The notes under the pieces were generated by a model. The model was not told where the DNA came from and did not search any database. It saw nothing but the letters and a program-made list of their open reading frames with translations. This document shows positions 1 through 13,413 of a stretch of 64,000 bases of DNA, one piece after another. The position numbers were made by a program, and so were the translations under genes. The stretch comes from Paraphysomonas bandaiensis. Taxonomy: Eukaryota > Protista > Chrysophyceae. The first letter of the stretch is position 1, and each line of letters starts with the position of its first letter. The DNA is taken from assembly GCA_965644295.1 (NCBI GenBank), contig CBFFRP010000608.1, forward strand, positions 1-64,000, given 5' to 3'.

Positions 1-3000
1 TTGCCGACATCATCACCGAGTGATATGCCAAGTGGTATGCCAAGTGGTTATCCAAGTGGAATACCAACGGATAGTCCGTTGGCTTCTCCTACGGGTATAC
101 CAACGAATGTCCCAAGTGTATTACCGACGTTAATTCCATCTGGTTTACCGACATCATCACCAAGTGATATGCCAAGTGGTTATCCAAGTGGTTATCCAAG
201 TGGAATACCAACGGATAGTCCGTTGGCTTCTCCTACGGGTATACCAACGAATGTCCCAAGTGTATTACCGACGTTAATTCCATCTGGGTTGCCGACATCA
301 TCACCGAGTGATATGCCAAGTGGTATGCCAAGTGGTTATCCAAGTGGAATACCAACGGATAGTCCGTTGGCTTCTCCTACGGGTATTCCAACGAATGTCC
401 CAAGTGTATTACCGACGTTAATTCCATCTGGTTTACCGACATCATCACCAAGTGATATGCCAAGTGGTTATCCTAGTGGTTATCCAAGTGGAATACCAAC
501 GGATAGTCCGTTGGCTTCTCCTACGGGTATACCAACGAATGTCCCAAGTGTATTACCGACGTTAGTTCCATCTGGTTTACCGACATCATCACCAAGTGAT
601 ATGCCAAGTGGTTATCCTAGTGGTTATCCAAGTGGAATACCAACGGATAGTCCGTTGGCTTCTCCTACGGGTATACCAACGAATGTCCCAAGTGTATTAC
701 CGACGTTAATTCCATCTGGTTTACCGACATCATCACCAAGTGATATGCCAAGTGGTATGCCAAGTGGTTATCCTAGTGGAATACCAACGGATAGTCCGTT
801 GGCTTCTCCTACGGGTATACCAACGAATGTCCCAAGTGTATTACCGACGTTAATTCCATCTGGTTTACCGACATCATCACCAAGTGATATGCCAAGTGGT
901 ATGCCAAGTGGTTATCCTAGTGGAATACCAACGGATAGTCCGTTGGCTTCTCCTACGGGTATACCAACGAATGTCCCAAGTGTATTACCGACGTTAATTC
1001 CATCTGGTTTACCGACATCATCACCGAGTGATATGCCAAGTGGTATGCCAAGTGGTTATCCAAGTGGAATACCAACGGATAGTCCGTTGGCTTCTCCTAC
1101 GGGTATACCAACGAATGTCCCAAGTGTATTACCGACGTTAATTCCATCTGGTTTACCGACATCATCACCAAGTGATATGCCAAGTGGTTATCCTAGTGGT
1201 TATCCAAGTGGAATACCAACGGATAGTCCGTTGGCTTCTCCTACGGGTATACCAACGAATGTCCCCAGTGTATTACCGACGTTAATTCCATCTGGTTTAC
1301 CGACATCATCACCAAGTGATATGCCAAGTGGTTATCCTAGTGGTTATCCAAGTGGAATACCAACGGATAGTCCGTTGGCTTCTCCTACGGGTATACCAAC
1401 GAATGTCCCAAGTGTATTACCGACGTTAATTCCATCTGGTTTACCGACATCATCACCAAGTGATATGCCAAGTGGTTATCCTAGTGGTTATCCAAGTGGA
1501 ATACCAACGGATAGTCCGTTGGCTTCTCCTACGGGTATACCAACGAATGTCCCCAGTGTATTACCGACGTTAATTCCATCTGGTTTACCGACATCATCAC
1601 CAAGTGATATGCCAAGTGGTTATCCTAGTGGTTATCCTAGTGGAATACCAACGGATAGTCCGTTGGCTTCTCCTACGGGTATACCAACGAATGTCCCAAG
1701 TGTATTACCGACGTTAATTCCATCTGGTTTACCGACATCATCACCAAGTGATATGCCAAGTGGTATGCCAAGTGGTTATCCTAGTGGAATACCAACGGAT
1801 AGTCCGTTGGCTTCTCCTACGGGTATACCAACGAATGTCCCAAGTGTATTACCGACGTTAATTCCATCTGGGTTGCCGACATCATCACCGAGTGATATGC
1901 CAAGTGGTATGCCAAGTGGTTATTCTAGTGGAATACCAACGGATAGTCCGTTGGCTTCTCCTACGGGTATACCAACGAATGTCCCAAGTGTATTACCGAC
2001 GTTAATTCCATCTGGTTTACCGACATCATCACCAAGTGATATGCCAAGTGGTTATCCTAGTGGTTATCCAAGTGGAATACCAACGGATAGTCCGTTGGCT
2101 TCTCCTACGGGTATACCAACGAATGTCCCAAGTGTATTACCGACGTTAATTCCATCTGGTTTACCGACATCATCACCAAGTGATATGCCAAGTGGTTATC
2201 CTAGTGGTTATCCAAGTGGAATACCAACGGATAGTCCGTTGGCTTCTCCTACGGGTATACCAACGAATGTCCCAAGTGTATTACCGACGTTAATTCCATC
2301 TGGTTTACCGACATCATCACCAAGTGATATGCCAAGTGGTTATCCTAGTGGTTATCCAAGTGGAATACCAACGGATAGTCCGTTGGCTTCTCCTACGGGT
2401 ATACCAACGAATGTCCCAAGTGTATTACCGACGTTAATTCCATCTGGTTTACCGACATCATCACCAAGTGATATGCCAAGTGGTTATCCTAGTGGTTATC
2501 CAAGTGGAATACCAACGGATAGTCCGTTGGCTTCTCCTACGGGTATACCAACGAATGTCCCAAGTGTATTACCGACGTTAATTCCATCTGGTTTACCGAC
2601 ATCATCACCAAGTGATATGCCAAGTGGTTATCCAAGTGGTTATCCTAGTGGAATACCAACGGATAGTCCGTTGGCTTCTCCTACGGGTATACCAACGAAT
2701 GTCCCAAGTGTATTACCGACGTTAATTCCATCTGGTTTACCGACATCATCACCAAGTGATATGCCAAGTGGTATGCCAAGTGGTTATCCAAGTGGAATAC
2801 CAACGGATAGTCCGTTGGCTTCTCCTACGGGTATACCAACGAATGTCCCAAGTGTATTACCGACGTTAATTCCATCTGGTTTACCGACATCATCACCAAG
2901 TGATATGCCAAGTGGTTATCCTAGTGGTTATCCAAGTGGAATACCAACGGATAGTCCGTTGGCTTCTCCTACGGGTATACCAACGAATGTCCCAAGTGTA

Positions 3001-6000
3001 TTACCGACGTTAATTCCATCTGGTTTACCGACATCATCACCAAGTGATATGCCAAGTGGTTATCCTAGTGGAATACCAACGGATAGTCCGTTGGCTTCTC
3101 CTACGGGTATACCAACGAATGTCCCAAGTGTATTACCGACGTTAATTCCATCTGGTTTACCGACATCATCACCAAGTGATATGCCAAGTGGTATGCCAAG
3201 TGGTTATCCAAGTGGAATACCAACGGATAGTCCGTTGGCTTCTCCTACGGGTATACCAACGAATGTCCCAAGTGTATTACCGACGTTAATTCCATCTGGT
3301 TTACCGACATCATCACCAAGTGATATGCCAAGTGGTTATCCTAGTGGTTATCCTAGTGGAATACCAACGGATAGTCCGTTGGCTTCTCCTACGGGTATAC
3401 CAACGAATGTCCCAAGTGTATTACCGACGTTAATTCCATCTGGTTTACCGACATCATCACCAAGTGATATGCCAAGTGGTATGCCAAGTGGTTATCCAAG
3501 TGGAATACCAACGGATAGTCCGTTGGCTTCTCCTACGGGTATACCAACGAATGTCCCAAGTGTATTACCGACGTTAATTCCATCTGGTTTACCGACATCA
3601 TCACCAAGTGATATGCCAAGTGGTATTCCAAGTGGTTATCCTAGTGGTTATCCAAGTGGAATACCAACGGATAGTCCGTTGGCTTCTCCTACGGGTATAC
3701 CAACGAATGTCCCAAGTGTATTACCGACGTTAATTCCATCTGGTTTACCGACATCATCACCAAGTGATATGCCAAGTGGTTTTCCAAGTGGTTATCCAAG
3801 TGGAATACCAACGGATAGTCCGTTGGCTTCTCCTACGGGTATACCAACGAATGTCCCAAGTGTATTACCGACGTTAATTCCATCTGGTTTACCGACATCA
3901 TCACCAAGTGATATGCCAAGTGGTTATCCTAGTGGTTATCCAAGTGGAATACCAACGGATAGTCCGTTGGCTTCTCCTACGGGTATACCAACGAATGTCC
4001 CAAGTGTATTACCGACGTTAATTCCATCTGGTTTACCGACATCATCACCAAGTGATATGCCAAGTGGTATTCCAAGTGGTTATCCAAGTGGAATACCAAC
4101 GGATAGTCCGTTGGCTTCTCCTACGGGTATACCAACGAATGTCCCAAGTGTATTACCGACGTTAATTCCATCTGGTTTACCGACATCATCACCAAGTGAT
4201 ATGCCAAGTGGTATGCCAAGTGGTTATCCAAGTGGAATACCAACGGATAGTCCGTTGGCTTCTCCTACGGGTATACCAACGAATGTCCCAAGTGTATTAC
4301 CGACGTTAATTCCATCTGGTTTACCGACATCATCACCAAGTGATATGCCAAGTGGTATGCCAAGTGGTTATCCAAGTGGAATACCAACGGATAGTCCGTT
4401 GGCTTCTCCTACGGGTATACCAACGAATGTCCCAAGTGTATTACCGACGTTAATTCCATCTGGTTTACCGTCATCATCACCAAGTGATATGCCAAGTGGT
4501 TATCCTAGTGGTTATCCAAGTGGAATACCAACGGATAGTCCGTTGGCTTCTCCTACGGGTATACCAACGAATGTCCCAAGTGTATTACCGACGTTAATTC
4601 CATCTGGGTTGCCGACATCATCACCAAGTGATATGCCAAGTGGTATTCCAAGTGGTTATCCTAGTGGAATACCAACGGATAGTCCGTTGGCTTCTCCTAC
4701 GGGTATACCAACGAATGTCCCAAGTGTATTACCGACGTTAATTCCATCTGGTTTACCGACATCATCACCAAGTGATATGCCAAGTGGTATTCCAAGTGGT
4801 TATCCAAGTGGAATACCAACGGATAGTCCGTTGGCTTCTCCTACGGGTATACCAACGAATGTCCCAAGTGTATTACCGACGTTAATTCCATCTGGTTTAC
4901 CGACATCATCACCAAGTGATATGCCAAGTGGTATGCCAAGTGGTTATCCTAGTGGAATACCAACGGATAGTCCGTTGGCTTCTCCTACGGGTATACCAAC
5001 GAATGTCCCAAGTGTATTACCGACGTTAATTCCATCTGGTTTACCGACATCATCACCAAGTGATATGCCAAGTGGTATTCCAAGTGGTTATCCAAGTGGA
5101 ATACCAACGGATAGTCCGTTGGCTTCTCCTACGGGTATACCAACGAATGTCCCAAGTGTATTACCGACGTTAATTCCATCTGGTTTACCGACATCATCAC
5201 CAAGTGATATGCCAAGTGGTTATCCAAGTGGTTATCCAAGTGGAATACCAACGGATAGTCCGTTGGCTTCTCCTACGGGTATACCAACGAATGTCCCAAG
5301 TGTATTACCGACGTTAATTCCATCTGGTTTACCGACATCATCACCAAGTGATATGCCAAGTGGTTATCCTAGTGGTTATCCAAGTGGAATACCAACGGAT
5401 AGTCCGTTGGCTTCTCCTACGGGTATACCAACGAATGTCCCAAGTGTATTACCGACGTTAATTCCATCTGGTTTACCGACATCATCACCAAGTGATATGC
5501 CAAGTGGTTATCCTAGTGGTTATCCAAGTGGAATACCAACGGATAGTCCGTTGGCTTCTCCTACGGGTATACCAACGAATGTCCCAAGTGTATTACCGAC
5601 GTTAATTCCATCTGGTTTACCGACATCATCACCAAGTGATATGCCAAGTGGTTATCCTAGTGGTTATCCAAGTGGAATACCAACGGATAGTCCGTTGGCT
5701 TCTCCTACGGGTATACCAACGAATGTCCCAAGTGTATTACCGACGTTAATTCCATCTGGTTTACCGACATCATCACCAAGTGATATGCCAAGTGGTATTC
5801 CAAGTGGTTATCCTAGTGGTTATCCAAGTGGAATACCAACGGATAGTCCGTTGGCTTCTCCTACGGGTATACCAACGAATGTCCCAAGTGTATTACCGAC
5901 GTTAATTCCATCTGGTTTACCGACATCATCACCAAGTGATATGCCAAGTGGTTATCCTAGTGGTTATCCAAGTGGAATACCAACGGATAGTCCGTTGGCT

Positions 6001-9000
6001 TCTCCTACGGGTATACCAACGAATGTCCCAAGTGTATTACCGACGTTAATTCCATCTGGTTTACCGACATCATCACCAAGTGATATGCCAAGTGGTATTC
6101 CAAGTGGTTATCCTAGTGGTTATCCAAGTGGAATACCAACGGATAGTCCGTTGGCTTCTCCTACGGGTATACCAACGAATGTCCCAAGTGTATTACCGAC
6201 GTTAATTCCATCTGGTTTACCGACATCATCACCAAGTGATATGCCAAGTGGTTATCCTAGTGGTTATCCAAGTGGAATACCAACGGATAGTCCGTTGGCT
6301 TCTCCTACGGGTATACCAACGAATGTCCCAAGTGTATTACCGACGTTAATTCCATCTGGTTTACCGACATCATCACCGAGTGATATGCCAAGTGGTTATC
6401 CTAGTGGTTATCCAAGTGGAATACTAACGGATAGTCCGTTGGCTTCTCCTACGGGTATACCAACGAATGTCCCAAGTGTATTACCGACGTTAATTCCATC
6501 TGGTTTACCGACATCATCACCAAGTGATATGCCAAGTGGTTATCCTAGTGGTTATCCAAGTGGAATACCAACGGATAGTCCGTTGGCTTCTCCTACGGGT
6601 ATACCAACGAATGTCCCAAGTGTATTACCGACGTTAATTCCATCTGGTTTACCGACATCATCACCAAGTGATATGCCAAGTGGTTATCCAAGTGGAATAC
6701 CAACGGATAGTCCGTTGGCTTCTCCTACGGGTATACCAACGAATGTCCCAAGTGTATTACCGACGTTAATTCCATCTGGTTTACCGACATCATCACCAAG
6801 TGATATGCCAAGTGGTTATCCTAGTGGTTATCCAAGTGGAATACCAACGGATAGTCCGTTGGCTTCTCCTACGGGTATACCAACGAATGTCCCAAGTGTA
6901 TTACCGACGTTAATTCCATCTGGTTTACCGACATCATCACCAAGTGATATGCCAAGTGGTATGCCAAGTGGTTATCCTAGTGGTTATCCAAGTGGAATAC
7001 CAACGGATAGTCCGTTGGCTTCTCCTACGGGTATACCAACGAATGTCCCAAGTGTATTACCGACGTTAATTCCATCTGGTTTACCGACATCATCACCAAG
7101 TGATATGCCAAGTGGTTTTCCAAGTGGTTATCCAAGTGGAATACCAACGGATAGTCCGTTGGCTTCTCCTACGGGTATACCAACGAATGTCCCAAGTGTA
7201 TTACCGACGTTAATTCCATCTGGTTTACCGACATCATCACCAAGTGATATGCCAAGTGGTATTCCAAGTGGTTATCCTAGTGGTTATCCAAGTGGAATAC
7301 CAACGGATAGTCCGTTGGCTTCTCCTACGGGTATACCAACGAATGTCCCAAGTGTATTACCGACGTTAATTCCATCTGGTTTACCGACATCATCACCAAG
7401 TGATATGCCAAGTGGTTTTCCAAGTGGTTATCCAAGTGGAATACCAACGGATAGTCCGTTGGCTTCTCCTACGGGTATACCAACGAATGTCCCAAGTGTA
7501 TTACCGACGTTAATTCCATCTGGGTTGCCGACATCATCACCGAGTGATATGCCAAGTGGTTATCCTAGTGGTTATCCAAGTGGAATACCAACGGATAGTC
7601 CGTTGGCTTCTCCTACGGGTATACCAACGAATGTCCCAAGTGTATTACCGACGTTAATTCCATCTGGTTTACCGACATCATCACCAAGTGATATGCCAAG
7701 TGGTTATCCTAGTGGTTATCCAAGTGGAATACCAACGGATAGTCCGTTGGCTTCTCCTACGGGTATACCAACGAATGTCCCAAGTGTATTACCGACGTTA
7801 ATTCCATCTGGTTTACCGACATCATCACCAAGTGATATGCCAAGTGGTATTCCAAGTGGTTATCCTAGTGGTTATCCAAGTGGAATACCAACGGATAGTC
7901 CGTTGGCTTCTCCTACGGGTATACCAACGAATGTCCCAAGTGTATTACCGACGTTAATTCCATCTGGTTTACCGACATCATCACCAAGTGATATGCCAAG
8001 TGGTTTTCCAAGTGGTTATCCAAGTGGAATACCAACGGATAGTCCGTTGGCTTCTCCTACGGGTATACCAACGAATGTCCCAAGTGTATTACCGACGTTA
8101 ATTCCATCTGGTTTACCGACATCATCACCAAGTGATATGCCAAGTGGTATTCCAAGTGGTTATCCTAGTGGTTATCCAAGTGGAATACCAACGGATAGTC
8201 CGTTGGCTTCTCCTACGGGTATACCAACGAATGTCCCAAGTGTATTACCGACGTTAATTCCATCTGGTTTACCGACATCATCACCAAGTGATATGCCAAG
8301 TGGTTTTCCAAGTGGTTATCCAAGTGGAATACCAACGGATAGTCCGTTGGCTTCTCCTACGGGTATACCAACGAATGTCCCAAGTGTATTACCGACGTTA
8401 ATTCCATCTGGGTTGCCGACATCATCACCGAGTGATATGCCAAGTGGTTATCCTAGTGGTTATCCAAGTGGAATACCAACGGATAGTCCGTTGGCTTCTC
8501 CTACGGGTATACCAACGAATGTCCCAAGTGTATTACCGACGTTAATTCCATCTGGTTTACCGACATCATCACCAAGTGATATGCCAAGTGGTTATCCTAG
8601 TGGTTATCCAAGTGGAATACCAACGGATAGTCCGTTGGCTTCTCCTACGGGTATACCAACGAATGTCCCAAGTGTATTACCGACGTTAATTCCATCTGGT
8701 TTACCGACATCATCACCAAGTGATATGCCAAGTGGTTATCCTAGTGGTTATCCAAGTGGAATACCAACGGATAGTCCGTTGGCTTCTCCTACGGGTATAC
8801 CAACGAATGTCCCAAGTGTATTACCGACGTTAATTCCATCTGGTTTACCGACATCATCACCAAGTGATATGCCAAGTGGTTATCCTAGTGGTTATCCAAG
8901 TGGAATACCAACGGATAGTCCGTTGGCTTCTCCTACGGGTATACCAACGAATGTCCCAAGTGTATTACCGACGTTAATTCCATCTGGTTTACCGACATCA

Positions 9001-12000
9001 TCACCAAGTGATATGCCAAGTGGTATGCCAAGTGGTTATCCAAGTGGAATACCAACGGATAGTCCGTTGGCTTCTCCTACGGGTATACCAACGAATGTCC
9101 CAAGTGTATTACCGACGTTAATTCCATCTGGTTTACCGACATCATCACCAAGTGATATGCCAAGTGGTTTTCCAAGTGGTTATCCAAGTGGAATACCAAC
9201 GGATAGTCCGTTGGCTTCTCCTACGGGTATACCAACGAATGTCCCAAGTGTATTACCGACGTTAATTCCATCTGGTTTACCGACATCATCACCAAGTGAT
9301 ATGCCAAGTGGTTTTCCAAGTGGTTATCCAAGTGGAATACCAACGGATAGTCCGTTGGCTTCTCCTACGGGTATACCAACGAATGTCCCAAGTGTATTAC
9401 CGACGTTAATTCCATCTGGTTTACCGACATCATCACCAAGTGATATGCCAAGTGGTTATCCTAGTGGTTATCCAAGTGGAATACCAACGGATAGTCCGTT
9501 GGCTTCTCCTACGGGTATACCAACGAATGTCCCAAGTGTATTACCGACGTTAATTCCATCTGGTTTACCGACATCATCACCAAGTGATATGCCAAGTGGT
9601 TTTCCAAGTGGTTATCCAAGTGGAATACCAACGGATAGTCCGTTGGCTTCTCCTACGGGTATACCAACGAATGTCCCAAGTGTATTACCGACGTTAATTC
9701 CATCTGGTTTACCGACATCATCACCAAGTGATATGCCAAGTGGTTATCCTAGTGGTTATCCAAGTGGAATACCAACGGATAGTCCGTTGGCTTCTCCTAC
9801 GGGTATACCAACGAATGTCCCAAGTGTATTACCGACGTTAATTCCATCTGGTTTACCGACATCATCACCAAGTGATATGCCAAGTGGTTATCCTAGTGGT
9901 TATCCAAGTGGAATACCAACGGATAGTCCGTTGGCTTCTCCTACGGGTATACCAACGAATGTCCCAAGTGTATTACCGACGTTAATTCCATCTGGTTTAC
10001 CGACATCATCACCAAGTGATATGCCAAGTGGTTATCCAAGTGGTTATCCAAGTGGAATACCAACGGATAGTCCGTTGGCTTCTCCTACGGGTATACCAAC
10101 GAATGTCCCAAGTGTATTACCGACGTTAATTCCATCTGGTTTACCGACATCATCACCAAGTGATATGCCAAGTGGTTTTCCAAGTGGTTATCCAAGTGGA
10201 ATACCAACGGATAGTCCGTTGGCTTCTCCTACGGGTATACCAACGAATGTCCCAAGTGTATTACCGACGTTAATTCCATCTGGTTTACCGACATCATCAC
10301 CGAGTGATATGCCAAGTGGTATGCCAAGTGGTATGCCAAGTGGTTATCCAAGTGGAATACCAACGGATAGTCCGTTGGCTTCTCCTACGGGTATACCAAC
10401 GAATGTCCCAAGTGTATTACCGACGTTAATTCCATCTGGTTTACCGACATCATCACCAAGTGATATGCCAAGTGGTTTTCCAAGTGGTTATCCAAGTGGA
10501 ATACCAACGGATAGTCCGTTGGCTTCTCCTACGGGTATACCAACGAATGTCCCAAGTGTATTACCGACGTTAATTCCATCTGGTTTACCGACATCATCAC
10601 CAAGTGATATGCCAAGTGGTTATCCTAGTGGTTATCCAAGTGGAATACCAACGGATAGTCCGTTGGCTTCTCCTACGGGTATACCAACGAATGTCCCAAG
10701 TGTATTACCGACGTTAATTCCATCTGGTTTACCGACATCATCACCAAGTGATATGCCAAGTGGTTATCCAAGTGGTTATCCAAGTGGAATACCAACGGAT
10801 AGTCCGTTGGCTTCTCCTACGGGTATACCAACGAATGTCCCAAGTGTATTACCGACGTTAATTCCATCTGGTTTACCGACATCATCACCGAGTGATATGC
10901 CAAGTGGTATGCCAAGTGGTATGCCAAGTGGTTATCCAAGTGGAATACCAACGGATAGTCCGTTGGCTTCTCCTACGGGTATACCAACGAATGTCCCAAG
11001 TGTATTACCGACGTTAATTCCATCTGGTTTACCGACATCATCACCAAGTGATATGCCAAGTGGTTATCCAAGTGGTTATCCAAGTGGAATACCAACGGAT
11101 AGTCCGTTGGCTTCTCCTACGGGTATACCAACGAATGTCCCAAGTGTATTACCGACGTTAATTCCATCTGGTTTACCGACATCATCACCAAGTGATATGC
11201 CAAGTGGTTATCCTAGTGGTTATCCAAGTGGAATACCAACGGATAGTCCGTTGGCTTCTCCTACGGGTATACCAACGAATGTCCCAAGTGTATTACCGAC
11301 GTTAATTCCATCTGGTTTACCGACATCATCACCAAGTGATATGCCAAGTGGTTATCCTAGTGGTTATCCAAGTGGAATACCAACGGATAGTCCGTTGGCT
11401 TCTCCTACGGGTATACCAACGAATGTCCCAAGTGTATTACCGACGTTAATTCCATCTGGTTTACCGACATCATCACCAAGTGATATGCCAAGTGGTTATC
11501 CAAGTGGTTATCCAAGTGGAATACCAACGGATAGTCCGTTGGCTTCTCCTACGGGTATACCAACGAATGTCCCAAGTGTATTACCGACGTTAATTCCATC
11601 TGGTTTACCGACATCATCACCAAGTGATATGCCAAGTGGTTATCCAAGTGGTTATCCAAGTGGAATACCAACGGATAGTCCGTTGGCTTCTCCTACGGGT
11701 ATACCAACGAATGTCCCAAGTGTATTACCGACGTTAATTCCATCTGGTTTACCGACATCATCACCGAGTGATATGCCAAGTGGTATGCCAAGTGGTATGC
11801 CAAGTGGTTATCCAAGTGGAATACCAACGGATAGTCCGTTGGCTTCTCCTACGGGTATACCAACGAATGTCCCAAGTGTATTACCGACGTTAATTCCATC
11901 TGGTTTACCGACATCATCACCAAGTGATATGCCAAGTGGTTATCCAAGTGGTTATCCAAGTGGAATACCAACGGATAGTCCGTTGGCTTCTCCTACGGGT

Positions 12001-13413
12001 ATACCAACGAATGTCCCAAGTGTATTACCGACGTTAATTCCATCTGGTTTACCGACATCATCACCAAGTGATATGCCAAGTGGTTTTCCTAGTGGTTATC
12101 CAAGTGGAATACCAACGGATAGTCCGTTGGCTTCTCCTACGGGTATACCAACGAATGTCCCAAGTGTATTACCGACGTTAATTCCATCTGGTTTACCGAC
12201 ATCATCACCAAGTGATATGCCAAGTGGTTATCCTAGTGGTTATCCAAGTGGAATACCAACGGATAGTCCGTTGGCTTCTCCTACGGGTATACCAACGAAT
12301 GTCCCAAGTGTATTACCGACGTTAATTCCATCTGGTTTACCGACATCATCACCAAGTGATATGCCAAGTGGTTATCCAAGTGGTTATCCAAGTGGAATAC
12401 CAACGGATAGTCCGTTGGCTTCTCCTACGGGTATACCAACGAATGTCCCAAGTGTATTACCGACGTTAATTCCATCTGGTTTACCGACATCATCACCAAG
12501 TGATATGCCAAGTGGTTATCCTAGTGGTTATCCAAGTGGAATACCAACGGATAGTCCGTTGGCTTCTCCTACGGGTATACCAACGAATGTCCCAAGTGTA
12601 TTACCGACGTTAATTCCATCTGGTTTACCGACATCATCACCAAGTGATATGCCAAGTGGTTATCCTAGTGGTTATCCAAGTGGAATACCAACGGATAGTC
12701 CGTTGGCTTCTCCTACGGGTATACCAACGAATGTCCCAAGTGTATTACCGACGTTAATTCCATCTGGTTTACCGACATCATCACCAAGTGATATGCCAAG
12801 TGGTTATCCAAGTGGTTATCCAAGTGGAATACCAACGGATAGTCCGTTGGCTTCTCCTACGGGTATACCAACGAATGTCCCAAGTGTATTACCGACGTTA
12901 ATTCCATCTGGTTTACCGACATCATCACCAAGTGATATGCCAAGTGGTTATCCTAGTGGTTATCCAAGTGGAATACCAACGGATAGTCCGTTGGCTTCTC
13001 CTACGGGTATACCAACGAATGTCCCAAGTGTATTACCGACGTTAATTCCATCTGGTTTACCGACATCATCACCAAGTGATATGCCAAGTGGTTATCCAAG
13101 TGGTTATCCAAGTGGAATACCAACGGATAGTCCGTTGGCTTCTCCTACGGGTATACCAACGAATGTCCCAAGTGTATTACCGACGTTAATTCCATCTGGT
13201 TTACCGACATCATCACCAAGTGATATGCCAAGTGGTTATCCTAGTGGTTATCCAAGTGGAATACCAACGGATAGTCCGTTGGCTTCTCCTACGGGTATAC
13301 CAACGAATGTCCCAAGTGTATTACCGACGTTAATTCCATCTGGTTTACCGACATCATCACCAAGTGATATGCCAAGTGGTATGCCAAGTGGTTATCCAAG
13401 TGGAATACCGACG
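1..13413 (+). repeat. Coding tandem repeat, ~92 copies of a 144-bp unit (48 aa; 132- and 156-bp variants)
   Basis: Unit PTSSPSDMPSG[M/Y/I/F]PSGYPSGIPTDSPLASPTGIPTNVPSVLPTLIPSGL, nearly invariant at DNA level, itself twelve 12-bp P-x-x-x modules. Confidence 0.98.

Noticed and set aside
1-13413. CRISPR-like or satellite array
   Set aside because: No unique spacers; every length variant is a multiple of 12 bp and the frame runs into a complex protein, so it is a coding repeat.
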